Of a DNA stretch of 64,000 nucleotides, positions 19,550 through 28,342 are shown piece by piece. The notes under the pieces were generated by a model, which was given only the letters and a program-made list of their open reading frames with translations, had not been told where the DNA came from and did not search any database. This DNA is from Acidobacteriota bacterium (GTDB lineage: Bacteria; Acidobacteriota; UBA6911; RPQK01; JAJDTT01), in NCBI GenBank assembly GCA_965209055.1, contig OZ242374.1, positions 3,456,001 through 3,520,000 on the forward strand, read 5' to 3'. Each line of letters starts with the position of its first letter. Within the stretch, counting starts at the first letter, position 1. The position numbers and the translations under genes are program-made.

Positions 19550-20852
19550 CGAAGTCCCCTCTCAGGATGCGCTGAGAAATGGGAAGTCCCTCCCGGCTGT
19601 CGTCGAAGGCCTCGTCGATATCACGGCGCTGCCACAGCGGACCCCATGTCGAAAACGGATCGATCCGGGTGATACGGTCCTTTCGGCGCACTACGAACAA
19701 TGACTTGCCCCCCACCTGATCGGGCAGGATCGGTGAGTGGGTCGTGACGATGTACTGGGAGTTCCTCAAGTTCTCCTGTGTCTTCAGAAATTCCGCGATC
19801 AACTGGACACGGCGCGGGTGAACGCCATTTTCCGGTTCCTCGAACCCAACTAGGGCTGGAGGCTCCTTGACTCCGGTCAGCGCCAAGAGGCCAAGCATTC
19901 GAAGCGTACCTTCTGAGAGAACTCGGGCGGGAATGGCGACGCCGCCCTCCCTGAGTCGAAGCTCGACCTCACCGAGATCGCTCACCTCGATTTCGATGCC
20001 CTCGATGTTTGGCATCAGTGCGTGGAGCGCTTTCTCGACGGCCTCGAACTGATTGGGGTCGACTGACTTCAGCGTGTTGAGGAAGGAGGCGAGTTCCTCA
20101 CCCATCAGACCAATGTGGCGCACGTCCTTGACCGGGTTGGCCGCGCGCATGCGTTCTCGCGGCTCAAAGTAAAAGAACAACCAGTTTTCCAGTTCGCGCC
20201 GCGCCGCCACCAAGTGCGGATAGTGTGGCGGGTAGTGGGGCATGGAAAGGATGCTGTAGTCCAAGAAGCGATCGTAGTAAGTGGGGTGTGCCTGCCGTTC
20301 CAGCCGCAGGTGGATCTTCTCTCCTTGGCGTTCGATGAAGGGCTTGCGCCTGCGGGTGGGTTCTCCATTGGCATTCAAGGCGGCCAGATATTCGTCGGAT
20401 ACCCGCAAGATTCCCGATCGGGGTAGCATCTCGATCTCGAGACGGTAGCGGAGGTCGCGTTCCCTCACGCGTGCGTGCACCTTGGATTTGCGTTGAGTCC
20501 CGGCGATCCCGCTGGGACGACGCATTTCCCGGATCTGCCGATCGACAGTCTCGACGATGGCGTCCGACAGATGCAGATCGGCCTCGATGCAAAACGAGAG
20601 CATTTCCTGTTCGAGCAACCCTTTAATTCCCTTCTTACCGATTGTGAAGGACTCCAATGGTTTGCCCCGATAGGGCGGATCAAATGCATCTTTCAGGGTC
20701 CTGCTGGTTCCCAGCTTCGACAGTAGCTGCAAGGCGTCCAGGAAATTGCTTTTGCCGGCGGCATTCGGACCAAACAGGACGGTGAGAGGTTCCAAATTCA
20801 CTTCGATGTTGGTGAGCGACTTGTATCCGTCGATATGAATTCGCTTCAGCAT
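19542..20852 (-). CDS. ABC/SMC-type ATPase (AAA_21/AAA_15 family)
   Basis: MLKRIHIDGYKS start, Walker A GPNAAGKS, LSEGT signature, EEPENGVHP Walker B/D-loop, TTHSP H-loop. Confidence 0.9.
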   Translation of the reverse strand: MLKRIHIDGYKSLTNIEVNLEPLTVLFGPNAAGKSNFLDALQLLSKLGTSRTLKDAFDPPYRGKPLESFTIGKKGIKGLLEQEMLSFCIEADLHLSDAIVETVDRQIREMRRPSGIAGTQRKSKVHARVRERDLRYRLEIEMLPRSGILRVSDEYLAALNANGEPTRRRKPFIERQGEKIHLRLERQAHPTYYDRFLDYSILSMPHYPPHYPHLVAARRELENWLFFYFEPRERMRAANPVKDVRHIGLMGEELASFLNTLKSVDPNQFEAVEKALHALMPNIEGIEIEVSDLGEVELRLREGGVAIPARVLSEGTLRMLGLLALTGVKEPPALVGFEEPENGVHPRRVQLIAEFLKTQENLRNSQYIVTTHSPILPDQVGGKSLFVVRRKDRITRIDPFSTWGPLWQRRDIDEAFDDSREGLPISQRILRGDFDA

Positions 20853-21015
20853 TCGACGTCTCCCAAGCTTACATTGAGGCGCAACAGACCAGGAATCGAG
20901 AATACCGGGCCGGACCGACCAACGGGCCGATTGACCGGTTTTGTTGGGCTCGATCAACTCCAATTCTCTCACTTCTGACCTCATATTTCTCACTTCTCGT
21001 CTTCCCTTGACTTGA

Positions 21016-21159
21016 GCCGGGGCCTGGTTCAATCTTCCGCAGGACGGACCGAATATCGAATTCCGGCCGTGTGCGGCGCACCATGGACCGTGGGCGCCCG
21101 GCGTCGCCCGGAACGGCGCGAACGCCCTGAACTGGATGATCGACGCGGCCAGATCATGA
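21016..21159 (+). pseudogene. Start-less C-terminal gene remnant coupled to tyrS
   Basis: Frame reads AGAWFNLPQDGPNIEFRPCAAHHGPWAPGVARNGANALNWMIDAARS*; its TGA overlaps the tyrS ATG (ATGA at 21156-21159). Confidence 0.4.
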
Positions 21160-22442
21160 CCTCTACCTTCCGAATTGCTGTCGACATGCCGCCGTTCCTC
21201 GCCGATCTCGAGTCCCGGGGCCTCGTCTCACAGAAGACCGTAGAGTTGACCGACCGGGTTCTCTCCAAGTCGTTGCCGCCCCTGTACGTCGGCTATGACC
21301 CCAGCGCCGGCAGCCTGCACGCGGGCAGCCTGATCCCGCTTCTGGGGATGGACCGCTACAAGCGTCGAGGGGGTCAGATCATCGTGTTGCTGGGCGGGGC
21401 GACGGGCCTCATCGGCGACCCTTCGGGCAAGGACCGCGAGCGCACGCTGGAGACCCGCGAAGTGATCGATCGGCGCATCGGACGGTTGAAACGCCAAACC
21501 TCCGAGTTCTTCGCCCGAACCGAGGGTCCCGATCCCATCTTCGTCAACAACGCCGACTGGTACCGGGACATGCACGTCATCGCCTTCCTGCGCGACGTGG
21601 GCAAGAATTTCTCGGTCAATCAGATGCTGACCCGGGATTCGGTGCGCACGCGGATCGAGAATCGGGAACAGGGAATCTCCTTCACCGAGTTCTCCTACCA
21701 GCTCCTGCAGTCCTATGATTTCCTGCACCTTTACCGGGAATACGGCTGCGGGATCCAGATGGGGGCCTCGGACCAGTGGGGGAATATCGTATCCGGAGTC
21801 GATCTGGTGCGGCGTGCCGCGGGAGCGACGGTCTATGGGCTCACCTTCCCCCTGCTGACCAACTCGGAGGGGAAGAAATACGGCAAGTCGGAAAAGGGCG
21901 CCGTCTGGCTCGACCCGGACCGGACCAGTCCCTACGAGTTCTACCAGTTCTGGTTGAACTCCACCGACGACGACATCGGAGGCTTCCTTCGCTGGCTGAC
22001 CGATCTGTCCAGCGATGAGATCGAGACTTTGGCGGCGGCTCCACCGCACGAACGGCGGCCTCAGAAGGCTCTGGCCGAGGCGCTCACCATCCGGGTGCAT
22101 GGGCCGCGGGACACCGAGACCGCCGAGCGGGCCAGCCGGGTCATCTTCTCCGGCAGGGCGGCCGACATGGACTCCGCCGTCGCCGACATGGTGGCTCGAT
22201 CAGTGCCCACCCTGACCGCCAGTGCCGACCTCTCCTGTCCGGTCGTGGACGCCATGGTCCGGGTCGGAGCGGCTCCTTCCAAAGCAGGCGCGAGGCGTCT
22301 GGTGAAGCAAAATGCGGTCGCCGTCAACGGAACCAGGATCGCTGACGCCAACGAGGACCTGCTTCCGCACCGCGCCCGGGCCGGCGTGGTCGTCCTGTCG
22401 GTCGGCAAGTCCAAGCGTTATCTTGTTCGGTTTGGTCTATAG
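21156..22442 (+). CDS. tyrS: Tyrosine--tRNA ligase
   Basis: YVGYDPSAGSLHAGS (HIGH-like), IGDPSGK..ER, EFSYQLLQSYDF, QMGASDQWGNI, KYGKS (KMSKS-like), C-terminal S4-like domain. Confidence 0.95.
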   Translation: MTSTFRIAVDMPPFLADLESRGLVSQKTVELTDRVLSKSLPPLYVGYDPSAGSLHAGSLIPLLGMDRYKRRGGQIIVLLGGATGLIGDPSGKDRERTLETREVIDRRIGRLKRQTSEFFARTEGPDPIFVNNADWYRDMHVIAFLRDVGKNFSVNQMLTRDSVRTRIENREQGISFTEFSYQLLQSYDFLHLYREYGCGIQMGASDQWGNIVSGVDLVRRAAGATVYGLTFPLLTNSEGKKYGKSEKGAVWLDPDRTSPYEFYQFWLNSTDDDIGGFLRWLTDLSSDEIETLAAAPPHERRPQKALAEALTIRVHGPRDTETAERASRVIFSGRAADMDSAVADMVARSVPTLTASADLSCPVVDAMVRVGAAPSKAGARRLVKQNAVAVNGTRIADANEDLLPHRARAGVVVLSVGKSKRYLVRFGL

Positions 22443-22468
22443 TAGTCCGTCGTGAAAGTCCCTCCTCT

Positions 22469-22537
22469 ATCGACCTGCTCTTGGAAGCTGGCGCGGACCC
22501 TCGGCTTGAAAACGAATTCGGTGAGGTTCCATTATTC
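22469..22537 (+). pseudogene. Single ankyrin-repeat fragment
   Basis: IDLLLEAGADPRLENEFGEVPLF matches the ankyrin consensus LLL.aGADPN..n..G.TPL; no further repeats. Confidence 0.5.
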
Positions 22538-22592
22538 TTTGTCCGGTGGGTATTGGCGCAGAAACCTCTGAGCCGCCCATGGGAAACTCTGA

Positions 22593-22913
22593 GGGTTAAT
22601 CACCAGCGCTTGGTTGGAAGCCGGCTACAAAACGGCGAACGTCGACATGCAGGGACGCAAACTCGAATTCCAAAAGTTCTTGTTGGATGGTCCGTCATCA
22701 GGGATTGGTGACGGTCGTCAAGTTCAAAATGGCGCCGGAGGCTCCATGGCGGGCGACAGCTTCGTTTTCTCGCTCGTATTCGGTGCGCTCCGAGGCACCG
22801 TCACGGTTACGCCCGGCACGGACCTGACTTCTCCTGTCGGAGAAGAATGGGATGCCGCGCGGTAGACGACTATGACCGTACTTCCCGATACGGTAAGCAA
22901 ACACTCCCGCTAA
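22593..22913 (+). pseudogene. Decayed toxin-antitoxin remnant (5'-truncated antitoxin-like gene plus stub of a PIN/VapC-like start)
   Basis: ITSAWLEAGYKTANVDMQGRKLEFQK...FGALRGTVTVTPGTDLTSPVGEEW (stop 22865), then MTVLPDTVSKHSR* (22872-22913) resembling a VapC MxxLLDT start. Confidence 0.5.
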
Positions 22914-23012
22914 CCAGGCGTCAATTGCGACGCGGAGCCGGATGGCGGTAGAATTCCGGCTTCGATAGTGTCCGGGGACGGTCCGACCTCGAATCAGGGA
23001 TTGGAGGACACC

Positions 23013-24350
23013 ATGTCAGGTTCAACAAGGCGCAGCTTCATCCAAGGCGGTGCCGCCGCCACGGCCGCCCTGTCGGGCGGATGGCCGTCCGTCCTGCAGG
23101 GCAGCGACGACCGGTTGGTCCGTCTCGGCTTCATCGGGATGGGCGGCAGGGGCACCCACCTGCTGAAGCTGGTTCTGGCCAGGAAAGACACTCAGGTGAA
23201 CGCCGTCTGCGACCTCCGTGCCGAGGCGGCCAACCGGGCCGCGGCCCTGGTGCGGGAGTCGGGGCGCGAAGATCCGGGAGTCTATGCCGGGGAAGATGAC
23301 GATTTCCAGGAACTTCTGGCGCGGGAGGACCTGGACGCCGTCGTCGTCGCGACACCCTGGCGCTGGCACACTCCCATGTCCGTGGCGGCCATGAGGGCGG
23401 GCAAGGCGGTGGCGGTGGAGGTGCCGGCGGCCGTGACCTTGCAGGAGTGCTGGGATCTGGTCAACACTTCCGAAGCCACGAAAAAGCCTTGCATGATGCT
23501 GGAGAACGTCTGCTACCGGCGGGACGTCATGGCGGCTCTGAAGATGGTCCGGGACGGACTCTTCGGAGAGCTCATCCACTGCCAGTGCGGTTACCAGCAC
23601 GACCTGCGGGCGGTGAAGTTCAATCCCGGGGCCAAGTTCGGACCCGGCTCCAAAGGCGAAGCCAACTGGAGGACGCAGCACTCGATTCAGCGCAATGGCG
23701 ACGTCTACCCGACTCACGGCGCCGGTCCCATGGCCAACTGCCTGGACATCGACCGGGGGAACCGGTTCGTGACCCTCACCTCGACGGCCACCAAGGCGCG
23801 AGGGCTTCACGATTACGTCGTCCGCCAAGGGGGCGCGGACCATCCCAACGCCAAGATCCAGTGGGCTCTGGGCGACGTGGTGACATCGGTGATCAAGTGC
23901 GCCCGGGGAGAGACTCTCCTGGTCAGCCACGACACCAACCTGCCGCGGCCCTATTCCCTGAACTTCCGGGTGCAGGGAACCGGGGGTATCTGGATGAGCG
24001 ACAACAAGTCGATCTACATCGAAGACCTCAGTCCCAAATCGCACCGGTGGGAACCCTTCGAGAAGTACCAGAAGGAGCATGACCACCCCCTCTGGAAACG
24101 TTTCGGCGAGGAAGCTGCCGGGTCCGGACACGGCGGCATGGATTTCTTCGTCATCAACGGTTTCGTGGAAGCGCTGAAACGGGGACTGCCCACCCCCATC
24201 GACGTCTACGAGTCAGCTTCATGGAGCGCCATCGGTCCTCTGTCCGAGCGCTCCATCGCACGGGGAAGCGCTCCCGTCTTCTTTCCCGACTTCACCCGGG
24301 GACAGTGGGTCGTGTCCGAACCGACCTTCGGCCTGAATGACCAGTTTTAG
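23013..24350 (+). CDS. Gfo/Idh/MocA family oxidoreductase, GH109 (NAD-dependent alpha-N-acetylgalactosaminidase-like)
   Basis: Tat signal TRRSFI, GFIGMGGRG, ATPW.WH, EVPAA, MMLENVCY, YPTHG, GHGGMD, FPDFTRG; RBS GGAGG. Confidence 0.9.
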   Translation: MSGSTRRSFIQGGAAATAALSGGWPSVLQGSDDRLVRLGFIGMGGRGTHLLKLVLARKDTQVNAVCDLRAEAANRAAALVRESGREDPGVYAGEDDDFQELLAREDLDAVVVATPWRWHTPMSVAAMRAGKAVAVEVPAAVTLQECWDLVNTSEATKKPCMMLENVCYRRDVMAALKMVRDGLFGELIHCQCGYQHDLRAVKFNPGAKFGPGSKGEANWRTQHSIQRNGDVYPTHGAGPMANCLDIDRGNRFVTLTSTATKARGLHDYVVRQGGADHPNAKIQWALGDVVTSVIKCARGETLLVSHDTNLPRPYSLNFRVQGTGGIWMSDNKSIYIEDLSPKSHRWEPFEKYQKEHDHPLWKRFGEEAAGSGHGGMDFFVINGFVEALKRGLPTPIDVYESASWSAIGPLSERSIARGSAPVFFPDFTRGQWVVSEPTFGLNDQF

Positions 24351-24399
24351 CCCTAGTCTCTCCCCGGGCACATAGCCTCCCGGCCGGAGCTCGGAAGAT

Positions 24400-25902
24400 A
24401 TGTTCGGACTGCACTGGCTGGATCTCACCACCCTGCTGGTTTACCTGCTCGGGGTCACCGGAGCGGGTCTCTGGGCGGCCCGGAAGGTCACCAATCTCCA
24501 CGACTACTTCATGGGTTCCCGCCGTTTCGGGAAGGCGTTCATGGTCATGCACGCCTTCGGGACCGGGACCCATACGGATCACGCCGTCACGGTGGCCGGC
24601 GCGTCCTACAGGATGGGAATGGCGGGGATCTGGTACCAGTGGCTCTACCTCTTCGCCACGCCCTTCTACTGGCTGGTGGCCCCCCTACTGAGGCGGATGC
24701 GCTACCTGACCACGGCCGACTACTTCGAAGACCGGTTCAGCCCCGCCCTGGCCATCCTCTACACCATCTACGGCCTGCTCTATCTCTCCCTGCAGATCGG
24801 CCTCATGCTCCTGGGAACCGGAAAGGCGGCCAGCGCCATCTCGGGCGGCGCCGTGAGTCCCGAGTTGGCCATCGGCGTCATGACCATACTGTTCCTCAGC
24901 TACGGCCTGCTGGGAGGCCTGCCGGCAGCCGTGGTCACCGATTTCATCCAGGGATTCTTCATCATCGTCCTCTCCTTCCTCCTGCTCCCTTTCGTGTTGG
25001 ATGCGGTTGGGGGATTCGCCGGATTGCACCAGAAGGTCCCGGCGGAGATGTTCAGCCTGATGGCGCCCGGCGACCCGCCGGAGGGCTACGACCGGGTCAC
25101 CCCCTTCTACATCGTCATGATCGTCATCAACGCCCTGGTGGGAATCGTCGCCCAACCCCATCACATGGAGATCGCCGGAGCGGGGAAGACGGAGCTGGAG
25201 GGCCGGATCGGGTTCACGTTCGGCAACATGCTCAAGCGGATCTGCACGCTGGCCTGGGCTCTCACCGGCGTGGCCTGCATCGCCCTCTATCCTGAACTGG
25301 CCGATTCGGAGCACGCTTTCGGTCTGGCCACCCGCGACCTGCTGCCGGTGGGGCTGGTGGGCGTCATGCTGGCTTCCATGGTGGCGGCCGCCATGTCCAG
25401 TTGCGATTCCTTGATGGTGGACGGGTCGGCTCTCTTCGTGAAGAACGTCTACCAGCGCTACATTCGGCCCGAGGCATCGGTGGGGCACTACCTGAACGTG
25501 GGCCGGCTGGTTGGGGTGGTGGTGGTCATGGGCGGTATCGTGGTCGCCATGTTCGCCACGACGGTGGTGGGAATCCTCAAGTTGACCTGGTCTCTGGTGG
25601 CGTTTTTCGGGATCGCCTTCTGGGGCGGCGTGCTTTGGAGGCGCTGCAACGCGTATGGAGCCTGGGCCGGAATCCTGGGATCGGCCTTTCTCTGGTACCT
25701 TTCCCGCTTCGTCTGGGGCTGGGAGCTGCACCAGCAGTTTCTGATCTACCTGTTGGGCGGGTTCTTCTTCATGATCGTCGTCAGTCTCCTCACGCCGCCG
25801 GAGGACAGGAAACGGCTGGACCGCTTCTACGCCATCCTGCAAACACCGGTGGGAGAGGAGCACCGTCTGGAGGCGATGGGCATCCGGCTGGACAGGAAGT
25901 GA
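24400..25902 (+). CDS. Sodium:solute symporter family protein
   Basis: DYFMGSRRFG, GGL.A.V.TD.IQ, LLPVGLVG...A...AAAMSS, about 13 TM helices. Confidence 0.92.
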   Translation: MFGLHWLDLTTLLVYLLGVTGAGLWAARKVTNLHDYFMGSRRFGKAFMVMHAFGTGTHTDHAVTVAGASYRMGMAGIWYQWLYLFATPFYWLVAPLLRRMRYLTTADYFEDRFSPALAILYTIYGLLYLSLQIGLMLLGTGKAASAISGGAVSPELAIGVMTILFLSYGLLGGLPAAVVTDFIQGFFIIVLSFLLLPFVLDAVGGFAGLHQKVPAEMFSLMAPGDPPEGYDRVTPFYIVMIVINALVGIVAQPHHMEIAGAGKTELEGRIGFTFGNMLKRICTLAWALTGVACIALYPELADSEHAFGLATRDLLPVGLVGVMLASMVAAAMSSCDSLMVDGSALFVKNVYQRYIRPEASVGHYLNVGRLVGVVVVMGGIVVAMFATTVVGILKLTWSLVAFFGIAFWGGVLWRRCNAYGAWAGILGSAFLWYLSRFVWGWELHQQFLIYLLGGFFFMIVVSLLTPPEDRKRLDRFYAILQTPVGEEHRLEAMGIRLDRK

Positions 25903-25904
25903 CC

Positions 25905-26024
25905 ATGTGGGATCTGGAAATCAGCAAGCCCTCCAAGCAGACGGTGGTGGGCTTTCTGCTGGCCTGGGCGTGCGTCATCGCCATCATCCTGTTCACCCTG
26001 TACCTGGTCCGAATCGGGGCCTGA
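25905..26024 (+). CDS. Small single-TM protein (39 aa), probable symporter accessory
   Basis: MWDLEISKPSKQTVVGFLLAWACVIAIILFTLYLVRIGA; fills the operon gap with 2-3 nt spacers. Confidence 0.7.
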   Translation: MWDLEISKPSKQTVVGFLLAWACVIAIILFTLYLVRIGA

Positions 26025-26027
26025 CCC

Positions 26028-27164
26028 ATGGCGGAGCAACTGCGGGAGCGAAAGGCCGTGGCCCGAGAACCCATCATCGATTGCGACGTTCACCACATGA
26101 TCACCGAACCGGAGGAACTCTTCCCCTACCTCCCTCGCGACTACGTGGAGCACATCCAGGACTTCGGCCTGATGATGCCCGGTGGATTCTCCACCGGTTA
26201 CACCAACATGCCGAAGGGGGGCGCCCGGGCCGATGTCTGGGACGGCGACATTCATCCCGCCAACAACATCGACATGGCCCGGAAAAGGCACTTGGACGTA
26301 TATGGAGTCGAGGCGGCCGTCTTGACCGGATCGACGGTCTACGGCGCTGCCGTGCATCCCAACGTGGATTACGCGGCCGCCCTTTGCCGTGCGTTCAACG
26401 ATTGGACCCTGGACACGTGGGTCGCGGCGGACCGCCGTTTTTTCGGTTCCATTTCGGTTTCGGCCGTGGACCCGTACCAGGCGGCCCAGGAGATCCACCG
26501 TTTGGGCAAGCACCCGCGGATGGTCCAGGTGATCATTCCCGCCGGCGCGCGGATGCCCTTCGGAAATCGCTTCTACCATCCCATGTACGAGGCGGCTCAG
26601 GAGTACGGACTGCCCGTCTGCGTCCACTTCGGTTCCGAAGGGACTGGAGTCTCAGGCCCCCCGACCGGGGTCGGATACCCTTCCTATTACCTGGAGATGC
26701 GAATGGCCCGTCCCCAGAACGCCATGGCCCATGTTTCCAGTCTCATCTGCGAAGGGGTCTTCGAGAAATTTCCCAACCTTCGGTTCCTCTTCGTGGAGCA
26801 CGATACGTTCTGGGTTCCGGGGCTCATGTGGCACATGGACGCGGACTGGAAGTCGACTCGGGAGTACACGCCCTGGGTCAAGCGGCCTCCCAGCGAGTAC
26901 ATCCGCCGAAACATCCGTTTCGGGTCGCAACCCATGGAACAGCCTCCCAGCCTGGAGGACCTGAAGATCTTCCTCCGCTGGCTTCACGCCGACGAAATCC
27001 TGGTCTTCGGCAGCGACTATCCGCATTGGGACTGGGACAACCCGGACCGGGTGCTGCGAGGCGTGTCGCCGAAATTGAGACGGCGGGTCTTCTACGACAA
27101 CGCCCGCGAGCTCTACGGCGGCCGCCTTGGCGGCCTGGACTCGGCTTCCAACGGGAGCGGGTAA
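26028..27164 (+). CDS. Amidohydrolase_2-family TIM-barrel metalloprotein (possibly a dinuclear oxygenase)
   Basis: IIDCDVH, AFNDW, Y.PMYEAA...LPV..H, EGVFEKFP.L..LFVE, GSDYPHWD. Confidence 0.85.
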   Translation: MAEQLRERKAVAREPIIDCDVHHMITEPEELFPYLPRDYVEHIQDFGLMMPGGFSTGYTNMPKGGARADVWDGDIHPANNIDMARKRHLDVYGVEAAVLTGSTVYGAAVHPNVDYAAALCRAFNDWTLDTWVAADRRFFGSISVSAVDPYQAAQEIHRLGKHPRMVQVIIPAGARMPFGNRFYHPMYEAAQEYGLPVCVHFGSEGTGVSGPPTGVGYPSYYLEMRMARPQNAMAHVSSLICEGVFEKFPNLRFLFVEHDTFWVPGLMWHMDADWKSTREYTPWVKRPPSEYIRRNIRFGSQPMEQPPSLEDLKIFLRWLHADEILVFGSDYPHWDWDNPDRVLRGVSPKLRRRVFYDNARELYGGRLGGLDSASNGSG

Positions 27165-27176
27165 CCGGGAGACGGG

Positions 27177-27530
27177 ATGCGGCGGCACGTGGGAAGGGTC
27201 CAGGATCTGCCACCCGGTTCCAGAAAGATCGTCTCCCTTGGCGGCCGGGCCGGTATCGGCGTCTTCAACGTCAACGGCAAATACCATGCCGTCAAGAACG
27301 TCTGCCCTCACCAGGGGGGGCCGCTGTGCCAGGGACGCCTCCGGCCGCTGGTCCGCTCCAGCGGTCCCTACCACGTCACCTGGGAGCGTGAGGGTGAGAT
27401 CCTCAAGTGCCCCTGGCACAACTGGGAGTTCGACCTGAAGACGGGCCGTGCCCTCTACGATCCCCGGTTGCGGGTGAGGAAGTACCGGGTGACGGTCGAA
27501 GGGGACGACATTTTTCTCCATCTGCGCTGA
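27177..27530 (+). CDS. Rieske [2Fe-2S] ferredoxin
   Basis: CPHQGGPL and CPWHNWEFDLKTG motifs. Confidence 0.93.
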   Translation: MRRHVGRVQDLPPGSRKIVSLGGRAGIGVFNVNGKYHAVKNVCPHQGGPLCQGRLRPLVRSSGPYHVTWEREGEILKCPWHNWEFDLKTGRALYDPRLRVRKYRVTVEGDDIFLHLR

Positions 27531-27602
27531 ATGGCGGGGCGCCCGTGGGGGGCTTCCGGCCCCCCACACCCCCCGGAATCGTCGGCGGGAAAGCCGCCGC
27601 CC

Positions 27603-28139
27603 CTACTCGCCCAGCTCGTGGCAGAGATGGCAGTCGGTCGAGACCGACGAGGCTTTGTGGCAGTTCATGCACATCTCCATGTTGGCGGAAACCTCCTGGT
27701 TCAGAACCTCGTGGGTTTCCACGGCGCCGTGACAGGCGTTGCAGGGCTGTTGGGCGTTCACGTGGTTGGCGTGACTGAAGAAGACGAAGTCGGGAAGCTG
27801 GTAGACCCGGACCCACTCGGGCTCCTTGCCCTGCCGGTGCAGGACCTTGAGCGCCTCGATTCCCGGATCGTTCTTCCGGACCGTGTCGTGGCAGGTCAGG
27901 CAGACGGCGGTGGCCGGAAAACCGGCTCGCGCCCCCTTGGACGCTCCCGCGTGACAGCCTCCGCAGGTCAGTCCCAGCCGGGAGTGAAGCTTGTGACTGA
28001 ATGGTATCGGCTGGGGCGCCACGACCCGGGGCAGATTCTCCTTCTTTCCCTTGTACTGCGGCACGACTTGGGCGAGGCTCAGAACGCCAAAGCCGGTAAG
28101 AACCGGAAGGAGCAGCCACCCGAGCCGTCCGCTGTCCAT
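27603..28139 (-). CDS. Pentaheme cytochrome c (c3/c7/ActA-like)
   Basis: Signal peptide; QPIPFSHKLH; five CxxCH motifs (CGGCH, CLTCH, CNACH, CMNCH, CHLCH); W.RVY.LPDFVFFSH. Confidence 0.9.
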   Translation of the reverse strand: MDSGRLGWLLLPVLTGFGVLSLAQVVPQYKGKKENLPRVVAPQPIPFSHKLHSRLGLTCGGCHAGASKGARAGFPATAVCLTCHDTVRKNDPGIEALKVLHRQGKEPEWVRVYQLPDFVFFSHANHVNAQQPCNACHGAVETHEVLNQEVSANMEMCMNCHKASSVSTDCHLCHELGE

Positions 28140-28342
28140 CGGCAGATGTTACCACCACCCTCCTCGACAACGCTCCGTGCAGGAGTGCCCCTTGTGGGTC
28201 CCCGCTTTATTTTCCGGCAGTTGAACTGCCGGAGAACGCTGGGTAGAGTCAGGACAGGCTCATGCCGGGTTCAGCGCCTCCCTCGTCCTCTTCCGGAACA
28301 CGACGCCGCAGGCCAGGTGTCGCACGCGGCACGGCGCAATCC

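Noticed and set aside
21012-21155. T-box riboswitch upstream of tyrS
   Set aside because: No T-box consensus (AAnnnGGGTGGnACC) or terminator/antiterminator seen.
27603-28139. Alternative complex III (act) operon
   Set aside because: Only the pentaheme ActA-like gene is present; no actB-F neighbours.
28168-28234. Degenerate GTAG-type REP-like sequence and hairpin (TCCGGCAGTTGAACTGCCGGA) between divergent genes
   Set aside because: Single degenerate copy in the window with no U-tract; cannot distinguish repeat, operator or chance.
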